Positions 48,987 to 53,413 of a stretch of DNA of 53,413 nt are shown one piece after another. The number at the start of each line of letters is the position of its first letter. The stretch's first letter is position 1. Origin of the DNA: Promethearchaeota archaeon Loki_b32 (lineage in GTDB: Archaea; Asgardarchaeota; Lokiarchaeia; Sigyniarchaeales; SOKP01); the NCBI GenBank assembly GCA_005223125.1, contig NJBH01000028.1, positions 1 through 53,413 on the forward strand. Reading direction: 5' to 3'. The position numbers and the translations under genes are program-made. The notes below the pieces were generated by a model. It was not told where the DNA came from, did no database searches, and saw only the letters and a program-made list of their open reading frames with translations.

Positions 48987-49474
48987 TGACATACGATAGA
49001 ATTGTATGAGTTTAAAATATATGGTTTATAATTCTCATATTGGTCCCCAATTATAGAAGTGTGAATATTAAATAACCGTTCAGTTATATCGCAATAAAAA
49101 ACGCAATGGATTCCATTTTCATGATAAAATCTTTTTCTGAGCATCTTGTTTCGATGACCAAGCCAAAAAGTTATTTCATGACTCATTAACCAATCTCTAT
49201 TTTTTTCTGTAACAACAATTCCAATCGCATTATAAACATCTATCGAGTTCTGGACTTCCTTATAATAAAAAAAGTTCATTCGATCTTTTTTTTCCCAACT
49301 TACCTCCATTTTTGACTCTGGACCCCAAATCTCATCATGCTCATTTTGAGAATGTAAAATAATAGAACCATTATTCTCGTCACCTTCATATTTTATTTCT
49401 TTATACCATTTTGGCATTCTAGTAATAGTTATCCCACATTCGGGTTTATTATATACGAAATAATTATATTCCAT
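48983..49474 (-). CDS. Hypothetical protein
   Basis: 163-aa ORF with a GAGGG leader. Confidence 0.65.
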   Translation of the reverse strand: MEYNYFVYNKPECGITITRMPKWYKEIKYEGDENNGSIILHSQNEHDEIWGPESKMEVSWEKKDRMNFFYYKEVQNSIDVYNAIGIVVTEKNRDWLMSHEITFWLGHRNKMLRKRFYHENGIHCVFYCDITERLFNIHTSIIGDQYENYKPYILNSYNSIVCH

Positions 49475-49620
49475 ATTCTTTCCCTCTTACATATTTTTGT
49501 TTCAAGAATTAAATTTATTTCTAAAATAAATTTATTGTTTATAAAATTTCTGTGATAGGAAAAATAACTTTACATTCATTTCCAATTCATTAAAAAGTGA
49601 AATATTAAGGATTTAGAAGA

Positions 49621-50217
49621 TTATTTTATTAATTCATTTCCTTCATCAATCCATTTTTTTAATCTGTCAACAGATACTCCTTTTATTAATGCTGCTAATT
49701 CTTCAAGATTTTCTTGGCATAAATCTTCTATATTATTGACACCAAGTTCGATAAATTTTTTCGCTGTTGCTGCACCTAATCCAGATAATTCTGTTAAAGG
49801 AGTTCCAGCAGGTTCAGTTGGAATTTTTTCAAGTTTAACAGGCTTTACTTTTTCCTTCTTTTTAGGTTTAGTGACTGGCTTAGCCGGAGTTATTTTTGGT
49901 TCTACTTTAACAATTTTTTTCGGTTTTGCTTTAATTTTTTCGATTTTAGGTTTATATGGTGTTCTCTTCTTTTCTTTCATAACAAAGGATTTTTTCTTCT
50001 TTTTTACTTTTGGTGTTTTTAAAGATTTAATTTTTTCAATATTTTCAGATTGGGCTGATTTCCTAAAGTAATCGATTTTAATATTGAGTTTCTTTAATAA
50101 TTCAGGTGTTTTTCCCGCTTCTTTAATTTCTTTTAAGGAAAAACCATTACCTGCTCTCATATGAGCATCTATTGCTGGACTCTTTACAATTGCTTCCAGT
50201 GTAGGTTCTTTTTCCAT
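49621..50217 (-). CDS. rpl13e: Ribosomal protein eL13 fused to a Lys/Pro-rich linker and a helix-hairpin-helix domain
   Basis: RAGNGFSLKEIKEAG...IKIDYFRKS..ENI (eL13) and LTELSGLGAATAKKFIELGV (HhH). Confidence 0.85.
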   Translation of the reverse strand: MEKEPTLEAIVKSPAIDAHMRAGNGFSLKEIKEAGKTPELLKKLNIKIDYFRKSAQSENIEKIKSLKTPKVKKKKKSFVMKEKKRTPYKPKIEKIKAKPKKIVKVEPKITPAKPVTKPKKKEKVKPVKLEKIPTEPAGTPLTELSGLGAATAKKFIELGVNNIEDLCQENLEELAALIKGVSVDRLKKWIDEGNELIK

Positions 50218-50364
50218 AATTTATCAACAAATTTAAATTAATAATAATTAATCTTGTAAAACTAAGAAAATTTTTATTTTTTTCGATTTAACTTAATGAT
50301 CAAAATTTAGATTGATATAAAACTATAAATTTATCTCTTATAATAAAACTTAATGAAATTTACT

Positions 50365-51000
50365 TTAGATTTTAATAATATCTAACTCTTCTAATTTCTT
50401 TAAAATCTCATTTATTTCTGTGCGCTTTTTGTTTAAATTTCTTGAAATTTTTAAAGGTGAATTTTTTCCAGAGCATTGTAAAGCAACTTGGAAATCGTTA
50501 TCGGTTATCATTCCCATAGTTAAAACTTTTTCTAATACTTTTTTAACAAGTAATAATTTTGGGAAAATTTCTGCTATACGGCCTCCAATTGTAAGGTTTT
50601 CTATATCTGCAATTAAGGTATGAAATCTGCTCTTATCAGTCGTTGCTCTAAAATTTTTAAGATCAGATTGATGCTTTTTCCAAAATCGATTTGCTATTTT
50701 GTGAATGATTTCTTCAATTTTATCTGTGTTATCATCTGCATCAGAAATAGAGCAGAAGAGAATTCTTGATAGATAGTGATAATAAATTAGAATAGTTGAG
50801 TCTTCCGACTGTAAAACTCTGTTCATCTCATTTACTCTTCTTCCTTTAGACATAGATTCTTGAATAACATCAATTGTAGTATTAATTGCATTGAAAAATC
50901 CAGTTAAAATTTCATCTTGAACTTTCTTTAATTCTTTGAAGGTTGATTCGAAAAGAGATATACCATTATCTGCATCTATCAGATAGATTTTATATATAAT
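50365..51000 (-). CDS. Longin-like domain plus C-terminal winged-helix protein, probable ATT start
   Basis: The frame extends 49 codons above the track start: IIYKIYLIDADNGISLFESTF...EILTGFFNAI. HTH-like tail SPLKISRNLNKKRTEINEILKKL. Confidence 0.7.
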   Translation of the reverse strand: MIYKIYLIDADNGISLFESTFKELKKVQDEILTGFFNAINTTIDVIQESMSKGRRVNEMNRVLQSEDSTILIYYHYLSRILFCSISDADDNTDKIEEIIHKIANRFWKKHQSDLKNFRATTDKSRFHTLIADIENLTIGGRIAEIFPKLLLVKKVLEKVLTMGMITDNDFQVALQCSGKNSPLKISRNLNKKRTEINEILKKLEELDIIKI

Positions 51001-51243
51001 CTAAATTCTCAACCCATTTGTATATTAAAAGAAGTATATGTTCCTAATAAAAAAATAAAAATTTACCAAAATAAAACTATGTATATTAAATTCGATATGT
51101 TAATTTTCATAAAAATATAAATTTACAATACATTCTAAAAAAGCAAATTTAGAATTCTTACAGTTGTTTTTCTTAATCATTAAAATTAAAAATGTAAATT
51201 TTATATCTTTTATAATTAAATTTTATAATCTATGAATTAAATT

Positions 51244-52530
51244 ATGAAAGCTAAGGTATCATTAGTTCTTTTATATCTATTTATTTTTCCCTCGATTAAT
51301 TCAATGGGTGTTGCCTTTTTAACTCCTACAAACACAACTTTTACTTATCCTTTGTTATCTTCTCCTACCGATGGTGTCTCAAATTATAATATAACAGAAA
51401 GTGTAAAATATGAGGTAGTAATTAATTTTTCAATGACACATAATGAACCTTCATCTCAATACTACGGTTTCAAAGTAGCTAGACTGAATGATCGTCAACC
51501 AAATTCAGGAATAACTCAATATTGTCCTCCTTATCAAGAAACTAAATTACTATATAACTCAATTACAGGAGGGGATGACATTGAATTCGAACATTTGGAT
51601 AAATTCAACAACACTTATGATCTATTTAACACTACTTTAAGCGGATATGGCGACACATTAACCTTAGATCAAAAATATAATATTACTCTAAATGAAATTA
51701 GTTTTACTGATATTCAAACTGGAGATATTGGATCTTACAATCCTGGAGATGAAATACATTCTTTATATAATATTACTCAGATTTTTTATGAATGTAATAA
51801 TCCAACTTTAGTGGCTCGCTCAAATAGTATTGTAAATCCTCTAGATAACCCTGTCGAAAAAGCACAAGATATTTTTAATTGGGTTGTAAATAATATTGAT
51901 TATCAAGCCCAAACTATTGAGATTGGGGCACTTGAAGCATACAATCAGAGAAGCGGTGATTGTTCAGATTTTTCAGATTTAATGATAACTCTTTTAAGAA
52001 TTCAAAGCATTCCAGCGAGAAAAGTAACTGGGTTTTTAATTACCAATAATCCTTCACATAATCCTAAAGTCGGTAATAAATACATTTTTGATCTCAATTA
52101 TGATGGAGCAACTAAATCAGCATCATCAACAAATGAGATTCTCGGACATGCTTGGATCGAGTATTATGTTCCTGATATTGGATGGATTGCATGTGATCCA
52201 ACCTGGGGACAGGGATATTTCAATCGAATAGATCTTTTTAGATTCAATTTAAATATTGGCGCATGGTTTTTCTTACCTGAGGCAGACCCCCCCTTTGATT
52301 ATATCTCTGAATTTCCAATTCATCCAGCTCCTATATGTAGTGATCATGGAGAATATGATTGGCAATATTCGATTGAAGTAACAGTGTTAGAAACAGATCT
52401 TTCATCTCCAACTTCGTTTCCGATATTTGCTGTAATTTTTATTGTAGTGGGATTAGCGGTTATATTATTAGCAATTATCTTATTATTAAGAAGAGGAAGT
52501 AAAAAAGATATAGTAGCTTACGAATATTAA
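51244..52530 (+). CDS. Membrane-anchored extracellular transglutaminase-like (Cys-His-Asp) protein
   Basis: GDCSDFS, GHAWIEYY and CDPTW; signal peptide and C-terminal TM. Confidence 0.9.
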   Translation: MKAKVSLVLLYLFIFPSINSMGVAFLTPTNTTFTYPLLSSPTDGVSNYNITESVKYEVVINFSMTHNEPSSQYYGFKVARLNDRQPNSGITQYCPPYQETKLLYNSITGGDDIEFEHLDKFNNTYDLFNTTLSGYGDTLTLDQKYNITLNEISFTDIQTGDIGSYNPGDEIHSLYNITQIFYECNNPTLVARSNSIVNPLDNPVEKAQDIFNWVVNNIDYQAQTIEIGALEAYNQRSGDCSDFSDLMITLLRIQSIPARKVTGFLITNNPSHNPKVGNKYIFDLNYDGATKSASSTNEILGHAWIEYYVPDIGWIACDPTWGQGYFNRIDLFRFNLNIGAWFFLPEADPPFDYISEFPIHPAPICSDHGEYDWQYSIEVTVLETDLSSPTSFPIFAVIFIVVGLAVILLAIILLLRRGSKKDIVAYEY

Positions 52531-52553
52531 TTTCTTCTTTATTTTTTTCATTA

Positions 52554-53413
52554 TTATATATATGTTTGAATTAAATCGCCGATATTTTTTGAAAAATCGG
52601 GTAAATTCTTTTCAATTTTATCAATTTCTAGAGATTTCTCCAAAAATAAAAGTAGATATAAATTATATTTCCCAACTTTTATTTTTTTAAACATTACTTT
52701 TTTAGATTTATCGGTAATGCCTGAAGATACAATAAAATCTTGTTCTAATAATTTAAATTCCTTGAAAGTTTTGTACAAATTTTGAAAATGTGGGGCAGTA
52801 ATTTCGAAAACCTTTCCAGAGACTTCAGTTTTATAGAAATTTGATAAAATAATTCCATTCTCATTTAGTAATAATATTGCATCTGAATTTGTTTTTTTAG
52901 CAAATTTTTTTAGCTGATTTCTAAATAATTCTCGATTAGGACTTAATCGAGACAATCCAAAAGAATATGCTGTAATAAGACTCCAGTGATCAAAAATGCT
53001 TGTTTGGAAGATTTTAATGAAAAATCGATCAGAATTTTCCTTTATAGAGTCTGCAATTACCTCTAAATTTTTAAAAATATCTTTAGATCCTTTAAGATCA
53101 GGATCAAACTTATTTAAACAAACAACAATAGGTGGAAACTCATCTAATTCTAGTAGAATATTTAATATCTTTCTAAACAGGGTTAAAGCTTCATTTATTC
53201 TTTCTACATCTTGAATATCAATAAAAAAGAACATAAGATCGATATTATATAAATAGACTTTACTTTGTTCAAGATATCTTTCTCGATATTTTTTCTGGCC
53301 TCCTAAGTCCCATACAAAAATTTGAGAATTTTGTTCTTCAAAAATGTTTTCTTCAGTTCTTTCTACGCCTTTAGTTGGTAATGATTTAATAATTTGAGAG
53401 TATTTCCTTCTAA
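52554..53413 (-). CDS. Rag/Arf-like small GTPase with a C-terminal roadblock-like domain, 5'-truncated by the window edge
   Basis: The frame is open to the window end: LPTKG (G2), VWDLGGQ (G3), LNKFD (G4), TSI (G5), then AILLLNENGIILS. Confidence 0.88.
   Translation of the reverse strand, partial: RRKYSQIIKSLPTKGVERTEENIFEEQNSQIFVWDLGGQKKYRERYLEQSKVYLYNIDLMFFFIDIQDVERINEALTLFRKILNILLELDEFPPIVVCLNKFDPDLKGSKDIFKNLEVIADSIKENSDRFFIKIFQTSIFDHWSLITAYSFGLSRLSPNRELFRNQLKKFAKKTNSDAILLLNENGIILSNFYKTEVSGKVFEITAPHFQNLYKTFKEFKLLEQDFIVSSGITDKSKKVMFKKIKVGKYNLYLLLFLEKSLEIDKIEKNLPDFSKNIGDLIQTYI

Noticed and set aside
6257-51003. Pyrrolysine/TAG recoding suggested by in-frame TAGs at 6257 and 51001
   Set aside because: TAG ends intact genes here (for example the aminopeptidase at 39026 and cooC at 20171), no pyl genes are seen, and Pyl cannot replace a cluster Cys.
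5140-53214. The many 60-140 aa track ORFs nested in or antisense to well-supported genes
   Set aside because: They overlap conserved genes almost entirely and show no family motifs or independent signals.

Overview
AT-rich archaeal chromosomal segment. Gene content points to an Asgard archaeon of the Lokiarchaeia/Promethearchaeia type (inference): ribosomal protein eL13, a Rag-like GTPase with a roadblock-type tail, longin-like proteins, and a eukaryote-style SECIS hairpin. The main locus (6.3-21 kb) is a hydrogenase region with hypF, hypD, hypE, hypC and cooC. It contains an operon vhuG-vhuA-vhuU-hdrC-hdrB. The large subunit is split, and the missing C-terminal Ni-binding piece is a 49-aa selenoprotein not in the ORF track (17087-17236, motif DC-U-LSCAAH, in-frame TGA, AUGA/GA hairpin overlapping its stop). 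The small subunit has a duplicated Fe-S domain, no hdrA or mvhD is present in the window, and a tusA-yeeE-dsrE/H sulfur/selenium relay operon is transcribed divergently. Other content: two convergent purF paralogues (one lacks the catalytic Cys1), a PI-PLC-like enzyme, an ABC exporter flanked by a duplicated nfi 3' end, ADP-forming acetate-CoA ligase with a DRTGG partner, alanine dehydrogenase next to a truncated alanine aminotransferase, a complete acetone-carboxylase-type acxABC operon, a 1407-aa single-pass protein with a cytoplasmic longin-like domain, and a Trm9-like methyltransferase. At least six genes look collapsed or truncated by deletions, and two genes appear to start at ATT. No rRNA, tRNA, CRISPR array or intact transposase was recognised. 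All calls come from motif recognition by eye; no searches were run.
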